DNA from: Spirochaetales bacterium UBA6872
GTDB lineage: Bacteria > Spirochaetota > Spirochaetia > Sphaerochaetales > Sphaerochaetaceae
Assembly: GCA_002452215.1 (NCBI GenBank)
Contig: DKCO01000043.1
Coordinates: forward strand, 3,406 to 67,405
Length of the DNA stretch: 64,000 nt
Reading direction: 5' to 3'
In this document: positions 39,612-49,137 of the stretch, in pieces
Position numbering within the stretch: the stretch's first letter is position 1
Layout: every line of letters begins with the position of its first letter
Notes under the pieces: generated by a model
Seen by the model: only the letters and a program-made list of their open reading frames with translations
What the model was told of the DNA's origin: nothing
Databases searched by the model: none
Program-made: the position numbers and the translations under genes

Positions 39612-40238
39612 ATGAATAAGATTTCAAACTCCAACTTCTGGGACAGATACGCAAGAATATATAACAAATTCATGCAAAAAGACAAAAAAGCGTATGAACA
39701 AATGTATGTGCTACTGAGACCCATTGTCAACTCGAAAAATGTGTTGGAAGTTGCTACAGGAACAGCATTGATTGCAAATAACATTGCAAAATATGCAAAG
39801 CAAGTTGAAGCTATAGACTCATCAGAGCAGATGATAAGAATAGCTCAAAAAGACAACAAAAATGCAAATCTGCATTTCAGCGTTGCTGATATGTTCAATT
39901 TGCCATACATCTCAAATTCCTTTGATGTTGTTATAGTTGCAAACGCTCTTCATGTTGTGCCACAGCCAGAAAAAGCCCTTAGCGAAATAAAACGTGTGCT
40001 AAAAGATGATGGCATTTTAGTTGCACCCACCTTCACTCATGCCGATAATCGCACAAAAAGCAAAGCGAGATTAGCCATCATGAAAATCCTAGGTTTCCCA
40101 CTGAAAAGCAAATGGTCCAATGATGAATATTTGACATTTCTTGAGAAAAACGGTTGGATTGTGAATAAAAACGTAATACTTAACGCTTCATTTCCGTTAA
40201 GCTATGTTGAATGCTCTCCAAAAGACAAAAAGAGATGA
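39612..40238 (+). CDS. Class I SAM-dependent methyltransferase
   Basis: 208 aa. Motif I is VLEVATGTA, and the Methyltransf_11-type pattern FDVVIVANALHVV is present. Confidence 0.75.
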   Translation: MNKISNSNFWDRYARIYNKFMQKDKKAYEQMYVLLRPIVNSKNVLEVATGTALIANNIAKYAKQVEAIDSSEQMIRIAQKDNKNANLHFSVADMFNLPYISNSFDVVIVANALHVVPQPEKALSEIKRVLKDDGILVAPTFTHADNRTKSKARLAIMKILGFPLKSKWSNDEYLTFLEKNGWIVNKNVILNASFPLSYVECSPKDKKR

Positions 40239-40539
40239 ATCAAAAAAACAATGAAAGACAAAGACCTTGAGTTCAACAAGGAATGCCATGTTTTGAACTA
40301 CGATCTGGTGCCGGGGCTAAGGAAATGCGAGGCGCTGTCGCTAGGAACTCGACCAACTCTGGTATCTCGCCTCTTTTGATGCTTAATGCTCTCTCGCCAC
40401 ACCTGTGCTGCTCCTTGATTTCTAGGATCCGGTCCAATTTAATCATCTCCTTCCTTCTCCTATCATTTGAATATAGGAGAAGATTCTTTCACTTAGTACC
40501 TCAAAAAACAGTACGCCTGGGATGATTTCTATTTGACTG

Positions 40540-40758
40540 TCATATTATGGAATTCCTGAATATCATCTTCGGTAATTTTAGAGTATCAAATACACACTTC
40601 CTGCCGCATATCGGGCCCCTGCGGGAATCCTTCTTGTAAGCCTTCACCTCGACTATGACCTTATCCAGCCCGTTTCTGCCTGCCTCTATTCGAACATTTG
40701 CAACTCTTGCGTTCTTGACATTGAGCGCCAACTTGAACAATCTATTGATACTAGTCAT
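40540..40758 (-). mobile_element. Truncated transposase N-terminal fragment (ISL3-like zinc-finger region), IS debris
   Basis: The 72-aa ORF ...LNVKNARVANVRIEAGRNGLDKVIVEVKAYKKDSRRGPICGRKC... resembles the N-terminal region of ISL3-family transposases. No DDE domain follows. The neighbouring 40273-40446 stretch looks GC-richer and carries another short HTH-like ORF. Confidence 0.3.
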
Positions 40759-40870
40759 CTCTTCTCCTTATTTGGTTTTTTGCAATTACACAATAAAAGA
40801 AAAGAGATGGCTTTTTCAATTGTATGCCATCTCCCAAAACTTCTATTTTTATCAAGTCTTACCCACAACT

Positions 40871-41439
40871 ATGCATGAAGCCTCGAAAAATATGTCGATT
40901 TCCTTTCAACATGGAGAGAGGATCTTGGAGGCAATAAAAACTTCCATAACAAAAGGCGGAACATACGATTGTATAGCAATCTTGAACTATTATAGCGTAT
41001 GTAAGTCAGCTACCTCATTTCGAGAAATAGAGGAGAATTTGATCATTCCTTCATTTAGAAAGCTGAAATTCGTAAATATAGACAAGCCGTTTTTTACAAG
41101 GCTGATGTATATGGCATTTTGTTTAGCAAAGAAAAGATGCGACAGATGTAATGATTACAAAATGGATGTTGTTCCATATGAGAAAGGCAAGCCAATTTAC
41201 TATAAGCTCACTTCATGTCCTGTTGCTGAATTTGCAAAAAACACAATCTTGAAGAGATTATGGGAGCTCTTTGTAATGTAGACTATGCTTCAATTAAATT
41301 GCTTAATGCTCGCCTGGTTCGGACTTCGACATGCATAAATGGAGACAAATGCGACTATGCAATATATGGCGATAAGGATCCTAAATTGAAATATCATCCT
41401 GAATTTCGCAACAGTGATGGATATAGAAGAAACATCTAG
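40871..41439 (+). pseudogene. Frameshifted ATC-hydrolase-family gene (L-2-amino-thiazoline-4-carboxylic acid hydrolase-like)
   Basis: Frame A (MHEASKN...CPVAEFAKNTILKRLWELFVM*) stops at 41281. The +1 frame continues HNLEEIMGALCNVDYASIKLLNARLVRTSTCINGDKCDYAIYGDKDP... to 41439. The switch maps to the A6 run at 41236-41241. Confidence 0.5.
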
Positions 41440-41690
41440 CTTGACAACAACCTTCAGAGCAAGCTGTCCAATGCTGAATCCTGTTCAAAGTGTTGTTTTC
41501 CAACTAGACTTTGACCTATTTTCAGGCAAAAAACAGAATTTTCCTAAGCAAAAAGAAAGCACAAATCGTTTATGTGCAACCGATGCTTTCCTGTAATATT
41601 GATGAATAATGACATTAGATGCACAAAAACCATCTCAACTATGGCGAATGGGAGTATGTTTTCCTATTCTTCAAACCGAATTTTCTATCG

Positions 41691-42227
41691 TTATCGTTTG
41701 GACTTCCATCTTTTTGCTTCTTCAAGGATCTCGAAAACCAGTTTTTGCTTTCCTTTTGTATAGCTAATGCGATTCTGAGGAAACTGTTTTGCCAGATTCA
41801 ATTTGCACATATCATATGCCTCGGCCTTTTCTGGAAAAGCGTTTAGATAATCACGAAAATTGATATAGCTCTTCCACTCGACTCCATTCCATTTGACCAC
41901 ATGGATATGGTGTGTACGGATATCTTTCTCAAAATCACCCTTTACAAATAAGATTTGGCCAGGAACATCTTCCCCTCGGAAAATATATTGCCGGTTCTTT
42001 AGTATTTCAACATAAGGTATGATGTCATCCAAATCGTGAACTCCAACTGCAATATCAACAATCGGTTTGGCATGGATAAAAGAAATGGCTGTGCTTCCGA
42101 TATGCTGAATATCGATGGCTACATCGTGCAAAAGACTCTTTAGCTCAGCAATCGTTTGTTCAGCTTCAACTTTCCATGCATCTTGATACTCTTCCAGCTT
42201 AACAATGCCTCTTTTTAATCCCACCAT
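41691..42227 (-). CDS. GrpB-family protein (UPF0157)
   Basis: 178 aa. IQHIGSTAISFIHAKPIVDIAVGV...THHIHVV...FRDYL matches the GrpB pattern. Confidence 0.75.
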   Translation of the reverse strand: MVGLKRGIVKLEEYQDAWKVEAEQTIAELKSLLHDVAIDIQHIGSTAISFIHAKPIVDIAVGVHDLDDIIPYVEILKNRQYIFRGEDVPGQILFVKGDFEKDIRTHHIHVVKWNGVEWKSYINFRDYLNAFPEKAEAYDMCKLNLAKQFPQNRISYTKGKQKLVFEILEEAKRWKSKR

Positions 42228-42256
42228 GTAAAAGCTTCTCCTATAAAAACTGGAAT

Positions 42257-42781
42257 TTATCGAGTTTCATCTACAATTTGTTTCAGCGAATCATAGTCGA
42301 CAAAATCCACTTTTTTGTTGTAGGTTTCCATCAGTGCCATATCTTCTTGCGTAAGGCTTTCAACTGGCTTGCTTTTAAGAGAATGGTGTAGCATTTTCAT
42401 CATAGTCTTGTGCTTGAAATTCAATTTGCTATAATCTATGCCACCTCTTAAATGAAAAACAGATGAAGCTTCCAGCAAATGCTCCGGCACTTGTTTTCTT
42501 ATGGATTTTCTGATATTGCTTACATTTGCTTTATCATGTACATCTGCTAATCCCACAGTCACGATTATCAGCTTTGCATTTGGAGATATTTGTTTAACTG
42601 TACTCTTCAACCCTTTTACGCCTCCTGCATATAAAGCGCCAAAATAGATGATTCGCTCATAATCCATTATATCTTTTATATCTTCATAGCTGATAACTGG
42701 GCAATGAGTCATTTCTGCAAATTTCTCTGCATATCGCTTTGTTGTGCCATACTGACTGCCATATATGATTAAAGTATCCAT
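42257..42781 (-). CDS. Flavodoxin-domain protein
   Basis: 174 aa with N-terminus MDTLIIYGSQYGTTKRYAEKFAE. Confidence 0.7.
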   Translation of the reverse strand: MDTLIIYGSQYGTTKRYAEKFAEMTHCPVISYEDIKDIMDYERIIYFGALYAGGVKGLKSTVKQISPNAKLIIVTVGLADVHDKANVSNIRKSIRKQVPEHLLEASSVFHLRGGIDYSKLNFKHKTMMKMLHHSLKSKPVESLTQEDMALMETYNKKVDFVDYDSLKQIVDETR

Positions 42782-42844
42782 GTATTTATTCCTCTACAAT
42801 TTCCGATTCAGCCAATGCCCATTGTCATCCATTTCACAGCCTAC

Positions 42845-42911
42845 AAACTTGCTTTTTTGCAAGTTTTCAATCCTTTTTGAACTGATTGGCAAACTGCACA
42901 TCGTATTTCAT
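42845..42911 (-). pseudogene. Decayed yafQ-like toxin 5' remnant
   Basis: The minus strand reads ATGAAATACGATGTGCAGTTTGCCAATCAGTTCAAAAAGGATTGA (MKYDVQFANQFKKD*). It is about 85% identical over about 65 nt to the start of yafQ at 34907, with a 1-nt deletion creating the stop. Broken DinJ-like C-terminal codons (...ANFKTILEL*, ATGA overlap) lie just upstream. Confidence 0.6.
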
Positions 42912-43250
42912 AATTCTAATATCGTCTTGAAATTAGCCGTGCTGGAATGCGCTTATATGCCTCAGGCATTTTGCTGTACATATCAAGGAGCGTGCCTATC
43001 GTCAGCAGCTCCATCTCGTTCCTGACGATGAAGGAAAGGCTCTCAGATCTGTCACGCCTGGCTTCATATAGATATTGTCATCGATGATTATTCCTCATAG
43101 CTCGGATATAGTCTACTCTATGGCAAGAACATTTTCCTTGGCGTTTTATTTTACGCTTATAATGATTTCTAAAAAAATTGTGATTGAACATTAATAAGCA
43201 CCGAAAACCAAGAGAGCGCAAAGACAATTTCTTGCGCTCTTTCAGATAAT

Positions 43251-44537
43251 TTATTTATTGTTTCTGATTGGAATTATCAGATTCAGTACAATACCTACCA
43301 AAGTTGAAAGTGCAACTGAGCCAAGAGAGAACTCGAGCGATGGGCCCATATTGAATTTCAACAAGCCGCCTCCTATGCCAATGACAAGGATAATCGATGA
43401 TATAGTCAGATTGCGCTTGTCTTGGTAATCAACTCCTGATTCAACAAGCGTTCTAAGCCCAGAAGAGGCTATTACTCCGAACAATAGCATCGATATGCCT
43501 CCAAGAACAGGATTTGGAATAGTTTGGATCAAAGCACCAAATTTTGGAAAGAGAGAAAGGAGAACAGCAATCACCGCAGCCCCTCCTGTGACCCAAACGC
43601 TATATACTCCAGTAATAGCTAAAACTCCTACATTCTCACCATATGTTGTATTAGGAGGTCCTCCCCACAAAGATGCCCATGTCGTTGCAAGTCCGTCTCC
43701 AAGCAGCGTCCTTTTCAATCCTGGATCCTCATAATAGTTCTTTCCAACAACCCTTGATATCACCAAAGTATCTCCAAGATGCTCACAAATTGTTGCAAAA
43801 GAGACAATAACGAATGTAAGAATCGGTACTATCTTGAACTTTGGCAGAGCAAAGTGAGGGAATCCAAACCAACTTGCAGATGAAACTATCGAGAAATCTA
43901 TAATATTGTATTGAGGAAAGAAGAATCCCATTATCAATGTAAAAAGATAGCCAGATACAAGACCAAACAGAATTGGAATCACAGAGAAAAATCCGCTGAA
44001 GAATACATTTGCAACAACTGTGACAGCAAGTGTTACTAGAGCAATTGACAGATAAACAAGGCTATATGTTGAGGTGTCAGAAGTATTTGTATACATAGCC
44101 ATATTCATTGCTGTCGGTGCAAGATTAAGGCCTATTACAATGATTACGGAGCCAATGACAACCGGTGGCAATGCCCTGTGGATCCAATCAGAGCCAACTC
44201 TTGAGATAATGAAGGCCACAATACAATACACAATTCCAGATATGAATGCACCGCCCATCGCATAGGGCCACCCATATTGGCTTGATATTGCAATAAGAGG
44301 CGTGATAAACGCGAACGACGAGCCGATAAAAGCGGGAACCATTGCCTTTGTCATAAGGATGTAGATTAGTGTTCCTGTTCCTGCCGTAAACAATGCCGTC
44401 GTAGGCTCAAGTCCAACTAGGATAGGGACAAGAATTGTCGATCCAAACATAGCAAAAACATGCTGAATAGAGAGAGGAATCCATTCTTTTAGTGGTGGCT
44501 TATCAGCCGGACCATAGTGCAATGCTGTTTTTTTCAT
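43251..44537 (-). CDS. NCS2-family uracil/xanthine permease
   Basis: 428 aa polytopic protein with an N-terminus and motifs typical of UraA/PyrP (QHVFAMFGSTILVP, GDGLAT, ENVGV). Confidence 0.8.
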   Translation of the reverse strand: MKKTALHYGPADKPPLKEWIPLSIQHVFAMFGSTILVPILVGLEPTTALFTAGTGTLIYILMTKAMVPAFIGSSFAFITPLIAISSQYGWPYAMGGAFISGIVYCIVAFIISRVGSDWIHRALPPVVIGSVIIVIGLNLAPTAMNMAMYTNTSDTSTYSLVYLSIALVTLAVTVVANVFFSGFFSVIPILFGLVSGYLFTLIMGFFFPQYNIIDFSIVSSASWFGFPHFALPKFKIVPILTFVIVSFATICEHLGDTLVISRVVGKNYYEDPGLKRTLLGDGLATTWASLWGGPPNTTYGENVGVLAITGVYSVWVTGGAAVIAVLLSLFPKFGALIQTIPNPVLGGISMLLFGVIASSGLRTLVESGVDYQDKRNLTISSIILVIGIGGGLLKFNMGPSLEFSLGSVALSTLVGIVLNLIIPIRNNK

Positions 44538-44733
44538 TTTAACTCCTTGCAGCTATATTATAGAAATGCAAGACGAAAGAAAATAGAAAATCGAAAACTA
44601 AACTTTTATATTGCGAGTGCAATCACCATCTTTTGCATAATCGAATAATTCACATTTATTTTACTTTTGTCACCACTATTCTTTACCTTCAATACTTATG
44701 CTTTAGAAAAATCCGAAGGAAATGAGGTAACAG

Positions 44734-47370
44734 ATGAAGAAAAAGACATCATGCTTTTCGTTGATGCTAATGATGCTAGTGCTAGTACTCAGCGCATGTG
44801 CAACAAAATCGCTTTGCAAAGGAAAAGCGAAAGTTGTAATCAATGAGATAGACACAAACAGTGATTGGGTCGAATTAACGAACATAGGAGACAATGAAAT
44901 CTCTCTTGACGCCTACTACATCACAGATGACAAGGGCAATGAGAGATTAACTGAAAAAAAGACATTCCCACTAGGGGAAAATATCATTCTGAAGCCAAAT
45001 GAATATATAGTCTTGGAGAAAGGGAAAGACTTTGATTTTGGGCTAGGAAAAAGCGACACAGTCATGCTATTCGATGGCAATGCAAAACTTGTTGATGAAT
45101 ATTCATACTCATCTCCAGCTGATGGGACATGGTCAAGGCAAGAAAATGGAACATTCATGGATAGCACTCCAACAAAAGATGCGAAAAACTCATCAGTAAG
45201 CACTAAAGCAGAACAGAATCCTATATCAATCAACGAGATCAACTCAAGCCCAGATGATTGGGTTGAAATCATGAATGCAAGCAATGAAGATAAGGACATC
45301 TCTGGATATGAGCTTAGAGATAACTCAGATGACCACAGATGGAGGTTCCCAGAAGGCTCTACAATAGAAGCTCAAGGCTTTTTTGCCATTGATGCAAAAA
45401 CATCAGGAACTGTATATGACGATCAGACAAAAGAATACAAAGCGGGTACTTTCGAAGAGGCAATTGGGATAGGAAGCGGAGACTCGATAAGGCTCTACGA
45501 TAAAAAAGGCACTTTGATTGACTCCTACTCTTGGACCAAGCATGCATCATTTGATGGAGATAATCAAAAGGCATCCTATGGTCGCTATCCTGATGGGAGT
45601 GGCGCTTTCACTTTGACAAAAGAAACAAAAGGCAAGAAAAACGAAGCAATCAAAAGCAACGTTGTTATAAACGAAATAGAGTCCAATGGAGATAGTACTG
45701 ACTGGGTGGAGATAATCAATAATGATACAAGAGATGTAGATATATCAGGCTGGTACATACTCGATAGTGATCCCGCAGGACACAAAAGCGAAACCTCGCC
45801 ACTCAAGGACGGAACAGTTCTCAAAAGCGGGGAGATCTATGTCTTTGACCAGAACAAGGATTTCACATTCGGACTTGGCAAGGACGATAGCGTAACTCTA
45901 TATGATGCGAGTGGAAATATCGTAGATACTTTCTGCTGGACAGGACACGCGAATGGTGTATATGCAAGAATCCCGGATGGAAGTGGAAATCTAGTGCAAT
46001 TCCCTACTTCCACAAAAGGAAGAAAGAACAAGATTATCAATCCTGTCGTGATAAATGAAGTACAATCAAATGACCCAAACAACGGCCCAGATTGGATAGA
46101 ACTTGCAAATCCAACAGATAGCGATATAGATGTATCGAACATCATTATAAAAGATAGCAAGGACAAAAATCCCTACACAATCAAAGAAGGCACAACGATC
46201 AAAGCAGGAGAATTCCTTGTTATCTATGGCGATGAGACAGGAACCAATGGCTTTGCTTTTGGACTTGGAAAAGGCGACAGTGTAAGGCTGTTTGAAAATG
46301 GAGAGCTCATTGCCGAAGCAAAATGGCCTCAAGATCAACATACATCCCCTACTTGGGGCCTATACCCAGATGCAAATGGAAAGGAATACAGAAACACAGA
46401 TGAAGCAACTCCAAATGGAGCTAACAGCTTTGCCGATATTCCAAAGACAATCTCTTGGCCAGGATCTGATAATAGCATTGTATTTGACACTACAGCTACA
46501 TTCCTAGAAGATTCATCAGGATTGGATTTCGCATCAGGAAAACTCTACGCTGTCGACAATGGAACAGCTAAATTCTGGATTTTGGACGAAGACAGAGCAA
46601 CAGGGAAATTAACGTTTTCAAAAGGATTTGAGAATGGAAAGAGTGTTTCATTCATCAAAGACAAAGACAATGCTAGCGCAAAAGGACCAGACAGTGAGGG
46701 AATAACTGTTGATGATGATGGTTTTATATATATTGCATCTGAGCGCGACAATTCCAATAAAGCTGTAAACTACAATACAATTCTGATGGTAGATCCAAAT
46801 TCCAAGGAAGATCGAATCGCTACAACAAAAGAATGGGATTTGACAAAGCTATTGCCACAAGTTTCAGCAAACATGGGAATAGAATCTGTCGAATGGATCT
46901 CATCAAATGATGCAAAAGCGCTTGTTGACAAAAACACAAACAAGGCTTTCGATATCACAAATTATCCAAACAGCATCAATAAAGGAGTATTCTTCGTGGC
47001 ACTAGAGGACAATGGACACGTGTATGCATTTGTCTTGAACAAAGACCAGAGCGCAATACTTATCTCTGACATAGACTCGCGTCTCGGAGGAGCTATGGCT
47101 CTGGATTTTGATACAAAAGAAAAGGTCTTGTGGGTTGCATCAGATGATGGTTATGGCAACAAAATGGCTCAGATACGATTCAATGGCACGAACAAGCCGG
47201 ATATAGTTTTTGTCGAACCTGCAAGTTCTGTTGATAAGAGTGCAAACAATGAAGGATTTGCAATCTCTAGAGACAATTACGTAGCTGATGAAAAGAGAGC
47301 TGTCTATCGTTTCAGGGATGGCGTTAATAAAGGCGCATTGACAATAGGCTTTATCAATGACAACTACTGA
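44734..47370 (+). CDS. Lipoprotein with four lamin-tail-domain (LTD) repeats and a C-terminal phytase-like/SdiA-regulated-type beta-propeller region
   Basis: Lipobox VLVLSAC. The repeats begin VVINEIDTNSDWVELTN (44833), ISINEINSSPDDWVEIMN (45223), VVINEIESNGDSTDWVEIIN (45661) and VVINEVQSNDPNNGPDWIELAN (46045). The C-terminus has PDSEGITVDDDGFIYIASERDN and NEGFAI. Confidence 0.7.
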   Translation: MKKKTSCFSLMLMMLVLVLSACATKSLCKGKAKVVINEIDTNSDWVELTNIGDNEISLDAYYITDDKGNERLTEKKTFPLGENIILKPNEYIVLEKGKDFDFGLGKSDTVMLFDGNAKLVDEYSYSSPADGTWSRQENGTFMDSTPTKDAKNSSVSTKAEQNPISINEINSSPDDWVEIMNASNEDKDISGYELRDNSDDHRWRFPEGSTIEAQGFFAIDAKTSGTVYDDQTKEYKAGTFEEAIGIGSGDSIRLYDKKGTLIDSYSWTKHASFDGDNQKASYGRYPDGSGAFTLTKETKGKKNEAIKSNVVINEIESNGDSTDWVEIINNDTRDVDISGWYILDSDPAGHKSETSPLKDGTVLKSGEIYVFDQNKDFTFGLGKDDSVTLYDASGNIVDTFCWTGHANGVYARIPDGSGNLVQFPTSTKGRKNKIINPVVINEVQSNDPNNGPDWIELANPTDSDIDVSNIIIKDSKDKNPYTIKEGTTIKAGEFLVIYGDETGTNGFAFGLGKGDSVRLFENGELIAEAKWPQDQHTSPTWGLYPDANGKEYRNTDEATPNGANSFADIPKTISWPGSDNSIVFDTTATFLEDSSGLDFASGKLYAVDNGTAKFWILDEDRATGKLTFSKGFENGKSVSFIKDKDNASAKGPDSEGITVDDDGFIYIASERDNSNKAVNYNTILMVDPNSKEDRIATTKEWDLTKLLPQVSANMGIESVEWISSNDAKALVDKNTNKAFDITNYPNSINKGVFFVALEDNGHVYAFVLNKDQSAILISDIDSRLGGAMALDFDTKEKVLWVASDDGYGNKMAQIRFNGTNKPDIVFVEPASSVDKSANNEGFAISRDNYVADEKRAVYRFRDGVNKGALTIGFINDNY

Positions 47371-47391
47371 CTAATACAGTAAAAGAAGTTC

Positions 47392-47430
47392 AAAACCCCA
47401 CTAACTTGGACTGCCAGTGGGGTTTTCTGT
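47392..47430 (+). terminator. Rho-independent terminator after the LTD lipoprotein gene
   Basis: The stem pairs AAAACCCCACT with AGTGGGGTTTT around a 13-nt loop, followed by a T-rich tail. Confidence 0.75.
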
Positions 47431-47489
47431 TGAATTTTATAATGCAACGATTGCGATGAAACCATATAATGGTGCAAAGAGGATCACAA

Positions 47490-48179
47490 ATGAATTTAAC
47501 AGTATTATCGGTTGGAGGCTCTATTATTGCGCCAGAGAAAGTCAATACAGGATTTTTGAAAGAATTTAGAAATGCGATAGTTGATTACTTAGAGAAAAAC
47601 AAGCAAGAAAAACTTATTCTTGTTTGCGGAGGTGGTGCACCGGCACGAATTTGGCAAAGTGCTTTCAGGGAAGCTCGAGGCGATATAGATGCAAATATGC
47701 AAGATTGGATTGGGATCAAAGCAACGCACCTCAATGGAATGCTTATAAAAGCTCTTTTTTCAGATTTTTGCAAAGATGAGCTTGTCACAGATCCGACAAT
47801 CGATATTCCATTTTCTGGACGAATCCTTGTAGCAGCTGGATGGAAGCCTGGCTTTTCCACAGATACAGATGCTGTCTTCCTTGCAAAGAAATTTGGAGGA
47901 AAACTTATCATCAACCTCTCAAACATAGCAAAAGTCTATACAGATGACCCAAAAAAGAACCCTGATGCAAAACCAATTGACAATATTTCATGGAAAGAAT
48001 TCAGAAATATGGTTGGAGATGAATGGATTCCTGGGAGAAATACACCTTTCGATCCAATTGCTTCCAAGATTGCGCAAGATGAACAGATGAAAGTAATATG
48101 CGCTGATGGTCGCGATATCAAGAATACAATCGCAATTCTGGAAGGAAAGCCATTCTCAGGAACTATTATTGGAGGCTAG
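47490..48179 (+). CDS. Amino-acid-kinase-family protein, UMP-kinase-like (archaeal type)
   Basis: MNLTVLSVGGSII...LILVCGGGAPAR... The ATG at 47490 follows AAAGAGGA; the ORF track starts at 47469. Confidence 0.6.
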   Translation: MNLTVLSVGGSIIAPEKVNTGFLKEFRNAIVDYLEKNKQEKLILVCGGGAPARIWQSAFREARGDIDANMQDWIGIKATHLNGMLIKALFSDFCKDELVTDPTIDIPFSGRILVAAGWKPGFSTDTDAVFLAKKFGGKLIINLSNIAKVYTDDPKKNPDAKPIDNISWKEFRNMVGDEWIPGRNTPFDPIASKIAQDEQMKVICADGRDIKNTIAILEGKPFSGTIIGG

Positions 48180-49137
48180 CTCTCTTTATAGAAAGAAAAT
48201 AGGGGCTTGGATCAGCAAAAGGCTGAGGAAACGGAACATCCTTCGAGAAGTCTGGAATCCATAGTATGTCATCCTCCCCTTTTTCTTGGGCAAACCCATC
48301 TTCGATATCCAAATCTTCAAGAAGCTCTATCAAGCTATCATATTCGTCATCAGATATTCCAAGAAGCGAAGGATCTTCCTTTGGTGGAACGAATTGAACC
48401 ATCAATGATAGAAAGAAGCTATCCTTGTAATGCTTTGCATAGTATCTAAGAAAATCCTTGCTTGCCTCGATACATCCTGGAAATACAAGATGGCGCAAAA
48501 TAGTGCCCTTCATTTTATCGAGATTTGTGATTGGATGTTTTTCCTTTATGTAATCCATCACAGGTATTATCACATCTGCATACTTGGCTCGTCCGCAAAA
48601 TTTAGTTGCAACATGCTTTGAAAGCGTCTTTCCGTCCAATAGATACACATCTATGTATGAATCGATCAAATCCAATGCTTCTATCTTTTCATAGCCAGAA
48701 CTGTTCCATACAACAGGAAGAGAAAAGCCCTTTGCCTTGGCTATATCCAATGCCTCTATTATTGATGGGATAAAATGGGTTCCTGTAACAAGATTCAAGC
48801 TCGTTGCCTTCATGCGTTGAAGATCAAGCATTATTCTCGCCAGCTCATCTATCGATACATCCAGCCCATAGTTCTCTCCATCAGAGCCCGATATTTGCCT
48901 ATTTTGGCAATAATGGCAATGCAGAGGGCAGCCTGTAAAGAAAATCATTCCAGAACCATGCTCTCCAGAAATAGGGGGCTCCTCGCCTCTATGAAGACCA
49001 GCCCATGCTACTTTGACTTTATCGCTTTGCCTGCATATTCCAAAATCGCCACTTGTTCGATTCGATGCGCACTCGTTTGGACAGAGTGTACATCTTGAAT
49101 AATATTCTTGGTTGACCATCGGATATGAATATATCAA
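48166..49137 (-). CDS. Radical SAM protein (PflX/PFL-activase-like)
   Basis: 323 aa with the CX3CX2C cluster GCPLHCHYCQN. Confidence 0.7.
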   Translation of the reverse strand: MIYSYPMVNQEYYSRCTLCPNECASNRTSGDFGICRQSDKVKVAWAGLHRGEEPPISGEHGSGMIFFTGCPLHCHYCQNRQISGSDGENYGLDVSIDELARIMLDLQRMKATSLNLVTGTHFIPSIIEALDIAKAKGFSLPVVWNSSGYEKIEALDLIDSYIDVYLLDGKTLSKHVATKFCGRAKYADVIIPVMDYIKEKHPITNLDKMKGTILRHLVFPGCIEASKDFLRYYAKHYKDSFFLSLMVQFVPPKEDPSLLGISDDEYDSLIELLEDLDIEDGFAQEKGEDDILWIPDFSKDVPFPQPFADPSPYFLSIKRASLQ

